From NCBI GenBank assembly GCA_963770565.1, contig CAVYQE010000001.1, positions 224,001-288,000 on the forward strand: a stretch of 64,000 bases of DNA. The letters are read 5' to 3'. The notes under the pieces were generated by a model. That model searched no databases. It had not been told where the DNA came from and was given only the letters and a program-made list of their open reading frames with translations. Shown here in pieces: positions 47,729 through 58,563 of the stretch (positions within the stretch are counted from its first letter, which is position 1; each line of letters starts with the position of its first letter). Made by a program: the position numbers and the translations under genes. Source of the DNA: an uncultured Actinomycetota bacterium. GTDB taxonomy: Bacteria; Actinomycetota; Actinomycetes; JAFAQI01.

Positions 47729-48956
47729 TCACGCTTGGGCAATCAGCTTGCGGACGTCGGCCACCGCCCGGCGAATCGTCGGGTCGCTGCGCAGCCGCGC
47801 TTCGATCGAACGAAAACTATGCAACACGGTCGTATGATCGCGGCCGCCGAAATAGCCGCCGATCTGGCCCAGGCTCTTGTCGGTGAGTTGGCGGGCCAAA
47901 TACACGGCGACGGCCCGGGCTTGCACGATGCCGCGGCGCCGCGACGGGCTGGTGAGATCGCTCATTCGCAGGCAGAAGTATTTGGCCGAGAGCGCGGCGA
48001 TCGTGCGCAAGCTGGGACGCAGACGAAGCTGACGCGCGGCGAGAAACCGCCGCACGCGGCTCAGGTCGATCGCGACGCCGTCGACCTCGGCTTGCATCTG
48101 CAATTCGGCCAAAGCCCCCGACAACTCGGGCGCCGTGACGCTCAACCCATCGGCCAACGCGCGGGCTGCGGCCGCGGGAATCGCGATCTGCCGCATCGCT
48201 GCAAATCGCTCGACCAGCGCCAGCCGCGCCGCCGCGGCCGGCAGCGCCAGCGAAACGGCCAGCCCGCCGGAAAGCCGACTCCGCAGCGGGGCCGAGAGCG
48301 TGGCGATGCGGTCGGGCGCGGTGCGCGAGGTGACGACGGCTTGCCCGCCGGAGTCGATCACCGCATCGAGCGTGTGGACCAACTCTTGCTGGGCGACGCG
48401 CTTCGTGGCCAGTTGCGTCAGATCGTCGAGAATCAACAGCGCGGCGCCGCGAAATCGCTCGCGAAAGGCGGGCGTCGCATCCCCTTCGATCGCTTCGAAC
48501 AACAACCGCCCGAAATCGGCGCCGCTCGCGAACACCACGCGATTCATCGCGGCGCGGCCCGCAAGCTCCGATCGACGCCGAGCCGCCAGCCCACGGGCGA
48601 GGTGCGATTTGCCCGTTCCGGGCGCACCGCAAATCACGAGCGGATTATAGCGCGGCAGCGGCTCTTCGAGCAGCGCGGCGACGGCCACGCCGATCAAACG
48701 ATTCTCCGGGCCGGCGAGAAACTCGCAGCCGGGCGACGGCGGGGTGCCCCGCCGTTAGTCGAACTGCCGTTAGTTGAACTGCCGCCTGCTTGGCAATCGC
48801 GAGATTTGCTGTGGCAGGCCGCGACGATGGCGATGCCGCTCGCGGGGCGGTGCGGGGCCGCCGCTGGCTGCCCGTTGCGGGCGCAGACGGCTCACCCTCC
48901 GGTTCGGCGACCGGCAAATTTCCGACCAAAGGAATCGAAAAGACGCTCTCGACCAC
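47729..48956 (-). CDS. dnaA: DnaA-family initiator with short N-terminus (frameshifted)
   Basis: EFLAGPENRL, YNPLVICGAPGTGKSHL, LLILDDL, LRSRLSGGL, IGGYFGGRDHTTVLHS. Confidence 0.88.
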
Positions 48957-49273
48957 TGCGGTTCCGTCCACGAAAAGCGAGTTTCTGCCCGAGACGGCAG
49001 AGGGATTCGAACGAAACCAAGATTATAGCCGTTTTCAAGCCCTGCCGCGAGGATCTGCGGCGAATTTTTCCAGCAATTTTCGGCGACGTAAGTCATTGCC
49101 GCGTAGGAAGATACGGATAGACATTTTCGTGCCTTGCCGATTCGGCAACCCGGCGTTCGCGGCAGGAGGGTTTACCGGTCTTTTTCGGCGCGAATCCACG
49201 GCTCGGAAGGACTCGCACGACGGGCATACCAACCCAGCGGCAGGTCCGCGAGTTCCAGGACTGAGTTGTCTAG

Positions 49274-49443
49274 GAGCCTCTCCGATAACCGCCTTATCTT
49301 CCGCGGGCGTTGCCAAAAGGGGGTCGGGAGTCGATTTCGCCATGATGCCGGTTGGCACTGCGGGTCGTACAGCGGGCGAAATCGACTCCCGACCCCTTTC
49401 GCGGCGAGCATCCCCTCGCCGTGGCCGGTTCTTGGACAAGCTC
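49274..49443. mobile_element. MITE family A, full 170-bp copy flanked by CTAG on both sides
   Basis: CTAG at 49270-49273 and 49444-49447; TIRs and inner 25-bp palindrome seen directly. Confidence 0.85.
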
Positions 49444-49444
49444 C

Positions 49445-49815
49445 TAGTTGCACGATTTCTTTCAGACTGAGAACCACGGCGTTGTCCTCGCGGACGGCGC
49501 TGCCGTCGAGAAACTGCCAACAACCATCTTCATCGTCGTGTGAAACAAAGACGATCGGTTGCCCGTCGCGGCGACCTCAGGAAAGCCTGCCCGTTGGCGT
49601 GCCTTCTTCGTTTCGGTCACGATGACGTTGCAAGTTCGTTTGAGTCGAGTTCGATCGCTCGTATCGAGAAATGGAATCAATTGCCAGTCGTCCGAGGCGG
49701 CGGCAACATCGCCTCCGTTGTTCTTCGACATGCGAACGACGAAAGAGGCCGGGAACTTGATTCCAAGATTCGCCTCGGCGGCACTGACAAACTTCACGTC
49801 AACGCGAAAGGCCAT
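49445..49815 (-). pseudogene. SMI1/KNR4-like immunity protein fragment joined to a second immunity-like fragment
   Basis: AAEANLGIKFPASF..NNGG, then VSHDDEDGCWQFLDG..LSLKEIV in another frame; cut by the MITE. Confidence 0.55.
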
Positions 49816-50074
49816 CGGAATTCGCCTTGTAAGCACGTTCGCGCAGCCGCGCCAATCGTCGTGCGTCATGGGCCGCGAATGGCCGCCCGCCGACGATTCC
49901 AGCGCTTGCTCGACAAGCGCCATGTGCTCGTCGGGAACCAGCGGAATCTCGTCGTTCTTCTCTTCGAAGCGCGGCAAGAGCCGCTTCGATTGCCGGCTCC
50001 ATCGACGTTGTCCGACCGCTGGCAACGATCGTTTCCAGGTTCGCCTCGGCTTCGGCGATGAATGCGTTTTGCAA

Positions 50075-50856
50075 CCTTTCACTTCGTCGCGGCGGACTTG
50101 ATCGACGGCCTCGTTCATCTTCTTCATGATATGGAACCGATCGAGCACGTGGATCGCCTGGCCGATCTGCTCGCGGATCACGTTGAGGTACGGCTTCCAC
50201 ATGTCGCTGCACACGAAGCGGATGCCGGCCCGCGTGTCGTCGCTCAAGGTTTGGAAGAATCCCCGCAGGCTTTCCTCGGTTCGCTCGCCGCCGATCCACA
50301 GCAGCCGCTTGAGGCCGTCTTCGATCTGGTAGACCAAGGTCACGTACTTGTGGCCGCGGCTCCATTGGATCTCATCGATTCCCAGGGCTTCCAGGCCGCT
50401 CAAGTCGCGGTGGGCCAAACCCCAGGAAACCGCGTGCTTTACCGCCCGAAACACGTTGTCCCAAGGGGTGTGAAACACGCGGGCCACTTCCTGCCACGAC
50501 AGCCGCTTCGCCCAGCGGGCCAGAAACCAGCGGTAGCTGGTGGTCAGACGGCATTTGCCGTCGGCCCAGGGAACTTGTTCCACCGTGACGCCGCAGGTCG
50601 GGCAATCGACCCGCCGCATCGCGTACAGCAAGAACACCGGCATGGCCCACAGCGGCACATACTCGAAGCGGCGGACCGGCAAACGGTCGTAGCCCGGCCG
50701 CGCCCGCCCGCAGCCGGAGCAGATCGGCCGGCCGTTGGCTCGCGGCCGGAGCGTGACTTCGATCGACAGTTGGTTTTGCTTGTCGATCATTTGGGCTTGG
50801 GCGTACACAAACGACTTGAAATGTTCGATCCGATTGAGGATAGTCTTGAGTTGCAT
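50075..50856 (-). mobile_element. Truncated ISL3-family transposase
   Basis: CSGC..RRVDCPTCGV zinc finger, LGIDE, VCSDMWKPY, LDRFHI; ends abruptly after VRRDEVK. Confidence 0.9.
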
Positions 50857-51436
50857 CCTGGGGCGCCTCCGGAGTGATGGGTTCTCGCAAACACATCTAT
50901 ACCGGTTGCCGCCGCAGGATGCACTTGTTTTTGCCCTCGGCTCGGCCCTGCTACACTGACGGGCGCCTGGTGAAACGGAGTCGGGCTCTGCTGGGAAGCA
51001 ACCCGACAAGGGATAACCGGGTCAGGGCGGGTGAATGCTCCTGCTCAGCCCTGGCGGCTCTAACCGCCGGGGGCGCTTTTCTTCTTCACCCCCATGCGTT
51101 TTTTGACGCGCCGGGCCGACTCGAGATTGGCGGCGATGGACGGATAGGCCGGATTATCGCTGGCGGCGTTTTCGAGAAGCAAGACCTCGCGACTTGCTTC
51201 CTCGATCTGCTTTCGCAGTTCATGGAGAGTGCTCATTTCATCAAACCTTTGATTCCGTCTCGACGAACCGATCTCGAAAACCGAGTTACGCACAACTCGC
51301 GCAACTCGGCGAGCGAAAGTTTATGAAAACCCTCCGGCAAGAGCGGCAGAAACTCATTTTTGGCATCAGACTCCCCCATGCGTGGTATAATAGTTCGATT
51401 ACCGCGATGCGTCAATTCGCGGCGACGGCACCAGAA

Positions 51437-52633
51437 TCAGGACCGATATTCGCCGCGCGATTCGCGAATTGACATGGGAATCCGCGAGTTGCCGAGCACT
51501 TTCACGATTCGATTCACAGCCTCGTCGATTTCTTTCTCGGTCGTCGTCGCGGCCAAGCTGAAGCGGATGCTGCTGCCCACAAGTTCGTCGGGCAGTCCCA
51601 TTGCCAAAAGTGTCGGCGAGGGGTCGCTCGAGCCGCTCGCGCAGGCGCTGCCCGTCGAGCAGCAGACGCCGGCAAGGTCCAGCGCCATGACCAGCGCTTG
51701 ACGATCGAGGCCGGGCAAGGCGATGCAGGTGGTGTTTGGCAGGCGCGGGGCGGTGCGGCCATGGACGACGGCCGAGGGATAGGCGGCTATGAGCGCATCT
51801 TCCAGGCGGTCGCGAAGCTGCGTCATGCGGTCGATGCGGGCCGATTGATCGCGGGCGAAGATTTGCAATGCCACATGCATGCCGACGGCCAGCGCGACCG
51901 GCTCGGTGCCGGGGCGCAGGCCCTGCTGCTGGAAGCCGCCGAACAATTGGGGGTCGAGCGGCACGCCGCCGCGGACGATCAAGGCGCCGATGCCGCGCGG
52001 GCCGTGGAATTTGTGCGCGGCGATCGTCATCGCCGCGACGCCCAATTCGCGAAAGTTCACCCTCAGCTTGCCGGCCGCTTGCACGGCGTCGGTGTGAAGC
52101 AGCACGCCGGCGGCTGCGGCGCGGGTCGCCAACTCGCCCAGCGGCTGAATCACACCGGTTTCGTTGTTGGCGAGCATGACGCTGATTAGCCGGGGAGGAT
52201 TCGCCATTTCCACAGAAAGGCGCTCGGTATCGATGATGCCATCCGACGAGACGGGCCAGCGATCGACGTGCCAGCCGCGCCGTGCCAGAGCCGCCGTCGG
52301 CTGGGCAACGCTCGGATGCTCGATCGCGGAAATGAGCAGTTGCGACGGGTGCGGATGCGCCATCGCGCCGACCAGGCCGAACAGCGCCAGATTGTTCGCC
52401 TCGGTGCCGCCGCTGGTGAAGATCATGCGATCCGCCGAGCGGCCGCCGAGATCGACGCCGAGAATCTCGGCGATTCCCTCGCGGGCCTCCTCGAGCGCGC
52501 GGCGGGCACGGCGGCCGAGCTGATGCTGGCTTTCGGGATTGGCGAAACCGAAGGCTTGGCACTGGGCCATCGCCGCGGCCGCCTCGGGCGCGAGTGGCGT
52601 CGTGGCATTATGGTCGAGATAAATCGGTTGCAT
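51437..52633 (-). CDS. Cysteine desulfurase (IscS/NifS family)
   Basis: IYLDHNATTP, FTSGGTEANN, HTDAVQA, AHKFHGPRG, STGSACASG. Confidence 0.95.
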   Translation of the reverse strand: MQPIYLDHNATTPLAPEAAAAMAQCQAFGFANPESQHQLGRRARRALEEAREGIAEILGVDLGGRSADRMIFTSGGTEANNLALFGLVGAMAHPHPSQLLISAIEHPSVAQPTAALARRGWHVDRWPVSSDGIIDTERLSVEMANPPRLISVMLANNETGVIQPLGELATRAAAAGVLLHTDAVQAAGKLRVNFRELGVAAMTIAAHKFHGPRGIGALIVRGGVPLDPQLFGGFQQQGLRPGTEPVALAVGMHVALQIFARDQSARIDRMTQLRDRLEDALIAAYPSAVVHGRTAPRLPNTTCIALPGLDRQALVMALDLAGVCCSTGSACASGSSDPSPTLLAMGLPDELVGSSIRFSLAATTTEKEIDEAVNRIVKVLGNSRIPMSIRESRGEYRS

Positions 52634-52670
52634 CAGGGCATTATAGTGTGGAGCGGTCGATAGTGGGCCA

Positions 52671-52978
52671 GTGTACTCCTCACGCTTCGGCGCGGGGAAC
52701 GTCATCACGGCGGAGCGTGATGAGTACACTCCGTCGTGAGGAAGGTCATCACGGCGGAGCGTGATGAGTACACTCCATCGTGAGGAACGTCATCACGGCG
52801 GAGCGTGATGACTACACTTTCGCGTGATGAGCACGCTCCGTCGCGGGGAATGTCATCACGGCGGAGCGTGATGACTACATTTCCGCGTGATGACTACATT
52901 TCCGCGTGATGACTACATTTCCGCGTGATGACTACACTTCCGCGTGATGACTACATTTCTGCGTGATGAGCACACTTT
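52671..52978. repeat. REP cluster GTCATCACGGCGGAGCGTGATGA(G/C)TACAC x4 plus about 5 tandem 19-bp half-units
   Basis: Seen directly in the sequence. Confidence 0.9.
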
Positions 52979-52985
52979 CGCTGGC

Positions 52986-53402
52986 TCACAGTTTCAGTTT
53001 CCGATCGTCGAACAGCGCGAATCCCGCCTGGCGAGCGATCGGGGCAAGCGCCGGGCTGAGCGTGAATAGCGGCGCTTGGCTGTCGATCGCGTGGGCGGCG
53101 ATGAGGGCGTTGGTGGCCGAGCAGGGGATTCGCTTGGCCAGGCAGTCCCGCGCGATGCGGGCGGCCTCGAGATGATGGCGCTCGGTCGCCAGCAGGATCG
53201 GAAAGGCCGCGAGATGGGCCTGCATTTGCCGAACCGCCCCGTCGCTCCGCACTCCGGCGAGCAATTCTTGCCAGACGATGCCGGGGATCGCCAGCGCCAC
53301 ATTCTCGCGAATCATGAGGCGCAGCGCCGCGACGGGCGCGGATCGGGGCCGGCGCAGCTTCTGGTAGGCCAGCGCCAGGAGCGATGTTTCGAGCAGGATC
53401 AT
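52986..53402 (-). CDS. PIN-domain (VapC-like) protein
   Basis: MILLETS, IVWQELLAG, ALIAAHAI..LFT pattern; downstream of the antitoxin gene. Confidence 0.8.
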   Translation of the reverse strand: MILLETSLLALAYQKLRRPRSAPVAALRLMIRENVALAIPGIVWQELLAGVRSDGAVRQMQAHLAAFPILLATERHHLEAARIARDCLAKRIPCSATNALIAAHAIDSQAPLFTLSPALAPIARQAGFALFDDRKLKL

Positions 53403-53427
53403 GCGTGAACTCTCCGCGGCCGGCGCT

Positions 53428-53628
53428 TCAGCGCTTGGCCTTCTTGGCCGGCTTGCCGGCGGGAGCGCGATACTCGACCGTCCCGAAGAGCTTGAGCCCC
53501 GCGACGCGCTTGCGATGGTCGATGTATTCCCGGAGGGCCTCGTTGACCGTGGCCTTCTTGGTCTTCTGCCCGCCGATATGCAGGGCCTCGACGAGCAGCT
53601 TTTCATCGATGCCGAGATTCGTCGCCAT
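53428..53628 (-). CDS. VapB-family antitoxin
   Basis: MATNLGIDEKLLVEAL..KTKKATVNEALREYI. Confidence 0.9.
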   Translation of the reverse strand: MATNLGIDEKLLVEALHIGGQKTKKATVNEALREYIDHRKRVAGLKLFGTVEYRAPAGKPAKKAKR

Positions 53629-53675
53629 GTCGATTCACCTCGCGGTTGCCGTCGCCATTAGGTCCACACACATTA

Positions 53676-54143
53676 TTACACAAATCGGGCCGGCTGGCAA
53701 GCAAGCCGCAGCGGTTGCCAGCCGGACGCCGGCGCGACGCTCAGCACCCCTGAACCGGAATGAGAAAGAGCGCGACGAACGTTGCGACCGTCGATGCCAG
53801 GCGCGCAACAGAAGATCAACCGCAACGAACGGCCGATCGAAAGATCGCGGCGAATCCAGCTCGGAATTCCGAGGGTCGCCAGGGCCGCAACGGTAATTCC
53901 CGAATTGACGATCGGCCCGCCCGCCAGCGCTATCCCCATTGTCACCCAACTATGATCGCGGATCTGCTCGACCAGGGCGATCACGGTCCAGCCGGCAATC
54001 AAAATGAGGAAAAATGCCGTGGTGAGAAACACGAAATATGAATAACGGGGCAGTTCGCACCATTGTCGCCGGGGGCCGCTGCCGGCGCTCGATAGGGATT
54101 CGGATCGCTGGAAGTGCTCATGGTTGCATTGCGCCGATCTCAA
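53676..54143 (-). CDS. Hypothetical membrane protein (ends uncertain)
   Basis: Two to three hydrophobic segments. Confidence 0.4.
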   Translation of the reverse strand: MRSAQCNHEHFQRSESLSSAGSGPRRQWCELPRYSYFVFLTTAFFLILIAGWTVIALVEQIRDHSWVTMGIALAGGPIVNSGITVAALATLGIPSWIRRDLSIGRSLRLIFCCAPGIDGRNVRRALSHSGSGVLSVAPASGWQPLRLACQPARFV

Positions 54144-54193
54144 CAGGATTGTCGTCGAACGAGTCCACGGCGCGAGCGATTCGCGGCCGAGAG

Positions 54194-54760
54194 CTATTTA
54201 TGCGGCGCGATTCCCTTGGTGACGACGTCTTTTCCGGCGAGGTAGGATTTGGCGGTGAACGAATCGCCGAGCAGGGTCACGACGATGAGGGTCTGGCCGG
54301 AGCGCATCATGCCGGTGCCGACGACTGCGAATTGTCGCGGCTGCGGTTTCTTCCCCACGAGGCTGGCGTCGGTGAACTCGGCGAACAGACAGGTTCCGCT
54401 TTTGGTGTCGAGCGACTTGATCGTCGTCTTCTTCTCCACCGAGCCTTCGGCGTATTGCCCGGCCGCGATCTTGAACGCCGCTTCGAGTTTGGCTTTCGAG
54501 TCGTCGGCCCCCTTCTTTATGGCAAAGAACCAGATCAGCAGGATCATATCCTTGTTGAGCGTGGTGAGCGACGTGGCGGCGGGAAGAGCGGGAAGATTTG
54601 GATTGGTTTTGAACGTCTCGACGGCCCAACCGCTGGGCACGGCAATGTCGAACTTCGCGCCGTTGGCCGTTGTCACGGTCGTCGGCTTCGTCTTGTCGGC
54701 GTCGGCGGCCAACGCGGTGACGGCGAAACTCAGAAACAGCAGCGGCAGCAGCTTTTTCAT
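54194..54760 (-). CDS. Secreted hypothetical protein
   Basis: Signal peptide MKKLLPLLFLSFAVTALA; intact frame. Confidence 0.7.
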   Translation of the reverse strand: MKKLLPLLFLSFAVTALAADADKTKPTTVTTANGAKFDIAVPSGWAVETFKTNPNLPALPAATSLTTLNKDMILLIWFFAIKKGADDSKAKLEAAFKIAAGQYAEGSVEKKTTIKSLDTKSGTCLFAEFTDASLVGKKPQPRQFAVVGTGMMRSGQTLIVVTLLGDSFTAKSYLAGKDVVTKGIAPHK

Positions 54761-54826
54761 CTCAGGCCTCGAAATGAGAAACTCGCGCGCGGGCTCCGGC
54801 GATTCTCGCATGGAGGATTCGGCAAG

Positions 54827-55897
54827 TCAAACTGCCGCGATCCGCTCGCGCGTGACCGGCTCGATCAGGCCCCGCTCGCAGATGATCGCCCGGATCAAGC
54901 CGGGCCGGAGTGACGTCGAAAGCCGGGTTGTAGACGTGGATTCCCTCGGGGGCGGTGCGGCGGCCGAAGCCGTGGGTGATCTCCTCCGGGCGGCGCTGCT
55001 CGATCGGGATTTGTTCGCCCGATGGCGATCGACAGATCGAACGTGCTCAGCGGCGCGGCGACGTAGAAGGGGATGTTGTGGGCGGCGGCCAACAGCGCCA
55101 CGCCGTAGGTGCCGATCTTGTTGGCCGTGTCGCCGTTGGCGGCGATCCGATCGGCGCCGGTGACGACGGCCTGCACGCGCCCTTCGCGCATGACCTGCGC
55201 GGCCATCGAATCGCAGATCAGCGTGACGTCGATCCCGCGCTGCTGGAGTTCCCAAGCAGTGAGCCGAGCGCCCTGCAACAGCGGCCGCGTTTCGTCGGCA
55301 TACACGTGCAGCCGCTTGCCCGACTTCCTGCGCGGAGAAGAACACGGCCAGCGCCGTGCCGTAATCGGCGGTGGCCAGCCCGCCGGCGTTGCAATGCGTG
55401 AGCACGCCTTGGCCGTCGTGCAACAGCGCCGCCCCGTGCCGGCCGATCGCGCGGCAGATTCGCCGGTCTTCTTCGAGGATGGCATGCGCCTCGGCGAGCA
55501 GTGCGGCGAGAATCTCGCGCGGCGGCTGCGCCGCGCGCCGCTCGGCCAGCTTTCGCAATCGCTCGAGCGCCCAGAAGAGATTCACGGCCGTCGGCCGGCT
55601 CGACGGCCAGATAGCGGCTCACTTCGTCGAGCCGGGCGAAGAAGCCGGCTTCATCCGCTGGCGGCCGCCGGTTGCAATCCGAGCACAGGCCATACGCCGC
55701 GGCAATGCCGATGGCCGGCGCCCCGCGCACCCGCAGCGAGCGGATCGCCTCCCAGACCGTCTCGACGTCGCGGCAGTCGATCTCGACCAATTCCTCCGGG
55801 AGCAGCGTCTGATCGATCAACCGCAGATTCCCATCGACGCCGCCGAGCCAATGAAGCGTGACGAATCGGGAGGCGAGGGGGGTGAAGGTGCGGTCAT
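54827..55897 (-). CDS. mtnA: S-methyl-5-thioribose-1-phosphate isomerase (frameshifted)
   Basis: [56 protein letters not shown]. Confidence 0.95.
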
Positions 55898-55920
55898 CGG
55901 GGAGGGAGTGGCGAGGCTGT

Positions 55921-56012
55921 TGAAATCTGAAATCTGAAATCGGAGATTCGAAATCTGAAATTTGAGACTCGCGATTTGAAATCTGAAATCTGAAATCTGA
56001 AATCTGAAATTT
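55921..56012. repeat. Heptamer tandem repeat (TGAAATC)n
   Basis: Seen directly; other heptamer runs at about 380-410, 470-560 and 59990-60050. Confidence 0.85.
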
Positions 56013-56023
56013 CGCGATTCGCG

Positions 56024-57131
56024 CTATGCTCCGAACCGCGGATTATACGTCAAGCCGAACGTCTCGGCCACGGCGCGATTGGTCACTTCTGCCGTCATGA
56101 TGTTGACGGCCCGGGCGATCGGCGGCAGCGTTTCCGCGGCGCGGAGCAGGCCGCGGTTGGCGATGTGCAAGGCCCAGGGGAGCGTCACGTTGCACAGGGC
56201 ATAGGTGCTGGTGCGCCCCACGGCGCCGGGCATGTTCGTGACGCAATAGTGCAGCACCTCGTCGACAGATGAACTCGGCTCGCTGTGCGTCGTCGGCCGG
56301 CTCGTCGCCACGCAGCCTCCTTGATCGATGGCCACGTCGATGATCACGCTGCCCGGCTTCATCAGCTTCAGGTCTTCGCGCTCGATGAGCCGCGGCGCCT
56401 TCGCGCCGGGAATCAGCACGGCGCCGATCACCAGGTCGGCCCGAGCCAATTGCTCGCGGATCGTGTGCCGATCGCTGAACAGCACATCGACGTTGGCGGG
56501 CATGATGTCGTCGAGATAGCGGAGCCGGTCCATGTTGATGTCGAGCAGGCCGATGTCGGCGCCGAAGCCGGCGGCCACCTTGGCGGCGTTGGCCCCGACG
56601 ACGCCGCCGCCGAGGATCGTGATATGGGCCGGAGCGACGCCGGGCACGCCGCCCAGCAGGATGCCGCGCCCCATTTGCGGGCGTTCGAGATACTTGGCCC
56701 CTTCCTGAATGCTCATCCGCCCGGCGACTTCGCTCATCGGCGTCAGCAGCGGCAGCCGGCCTTGATCGTCGCGCAGCGTTTCGTAGGCGACGGCCGTCGC
56801 GCCGGTGGCCAGCACCGCCTCGGTCAGCTTCCGATCGGCGGCGAAATGGAAATAGGTGAAACGACTTGCCCCGGCGAATCAGCGGCCACTCGGGCGCGAG
56901 CGGCTCCTTGACCTTGACGATCATCTCGGCCTCGGCGAACACCTCCTCGGCCGTATCGACCAGCTTCGCCCCCTGCTCCTCGTAAAGCTGGTCGGGCAAG
57001 CCCGAGCCGAGCCCCGCCCCGCGCTCGACCAGCACCCGATGCTTGGCCCGCGTCAATTCCTCGACGCCGACGGGCAAAATGGCGACGCGATATTCATCGC
57101 GCTTGATTTCTTTGGGAATGCCGACGATCAC
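56024..57131 (-). CDS. ald: Alanine dehydrogenase (frameshifted)
   Basis: IVGIPKEIKRDEYRV, LLTPMSEVAGR, GAVLIPGAKAP, DVAIDQGGC, NMPGAV. Confidence 0.96.
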
Positions 57132-57159
57132 GCGTTGTCTCCTTTCAAGCGGTAGCGAG

Positions 57160-58535
57160 TGTGCCACTGGCGAGCGCAGGATGGTGTGCCACTGGCAAGC
57201 GTAGTCTGCCAGTGCCGGCGGGCGAGCGGACGTTGAATTGCTCTCCAAGTTTCCATATTGGCGAATCGAGAAATCTGTGCAGTGCAATCGAGTTTGCCGA
57301 AGCGAAAGTTCAACCTTCACCCACTGGCCGGCACTGGCAAGCGCAGATGGTGTGCCACTGGCAAGCGAAGTCTGCCAGTGCGCGCGGGCGAGCGGACGAT
57401 GAATTGCCCTCAAAGTTTTCATGTTGGCGAATCGAGCAATCTGTGCAGTGCAATCGAGTTCTGCCGAAGCGAAAGTTCAACCTTCACCCACTGGCCGGCA
57501 CTGGCAAGCGCAGATGGTGTGCCACTGGCAAGCGAAGTCTGCCAGTGCCCGCGGGCGAGCGGATGATGAATTGCTCTCAAAGTTTCCATATTGGCGAATC
57601 GAGAAATCTGTGCAGTGCAATCGAGTTCTGCCGAAGCGAAAGTTCAACCTTCACCCACTGGCCGGCACTGGCAAGCGCAGATGGTGTGCCACTGGCAAGC
57701 GAAGTCTGCCAGTGCCCGCGGGCGAGCGGACGACGAATTGCTCTCCAAGTTTCCATATTGGCGAATCGAGAAATCTGTGCAGTGCAATCGAGATCTGCCG
57801 AAGCGAAAGTTCAACCTTCACCCACTGGCCGGCACTGGCAAGCGCAGATGGTGTGCCACTGGCAAGCGAAGTCTGCCAGTGCCCGCGGGCGAGCGGACGA
57901 CGAATTGCTCTCAAAGTTTCCATGTTGGCGAATCGAGAAATCTGTGCAGTGCAATCGAGTTCTGCCGAAGCGAAAGTTCAACCTTCACCCACTGGGCGGC
58001 ACTGGCAAGCGCAGATGGTGTGCCACTGGCAAGCGAAGTCTGCCAGTGCCCGCGGGCGAGCGGACGACGAATTGCTCTCAAAGTTTCCATGTTGGCGAAT
58101 CGAGAAATCTGTGCAGTGCAATCGAGTTCTGCCGAAGCGAAAGTTCAACCTTCACCCACTGGGCGGCACTGGCAAGCGCAGATGGTGTGCCACTGGCAAG
58201 CGAAGTCTGCCAGTGCCCGCGGGCGAGCGGACGTCGAATTGCTCTCAAAGTTTCCATATTGGCGAATCGAGCAATCTGTGCAGTGCAATCGAGTTTGCCG
58301 AAGCGAAAGTTCAACCTTCACCCACTGGCCGGCTGCGCTTGCCAGTGCCACACGACGCTCGCTTGCCAGTGCCCGCGGGCGAGCGGACGACGAATTGCTC
58401 TCAAAGGTTTCATATTGGCGAATCGAAATCTGCGAAGTGCAATCGAGTTTTGCCGAAGCGAAAGTTCAATCTTCACCCACTGGCCGGCACTGGCAGACTG
58501 CGCTTGCCAGTGCCACACGACGCTCGCTTGCCAGG
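57160..58535. repeat. Tandem array of a 167-bp unit, about 8 copies, containing CACTGGCAAGC..GCCAGTG palindromes
   Basis: GCGCAGATGG recurs at 57341, 57508, 57675, 57842, 58009 and 58176. Confidence 0.95.
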
Positions 58536-58563
58536 GCCATACGACTGCTGGAGCATCGCTTCG

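Noticed and set aside
49462-51009. 515-aa transposase-SMI1 fusion protein
   Set aside because: Chance read-through across a truncated ISL3 and neighbouring fragments.
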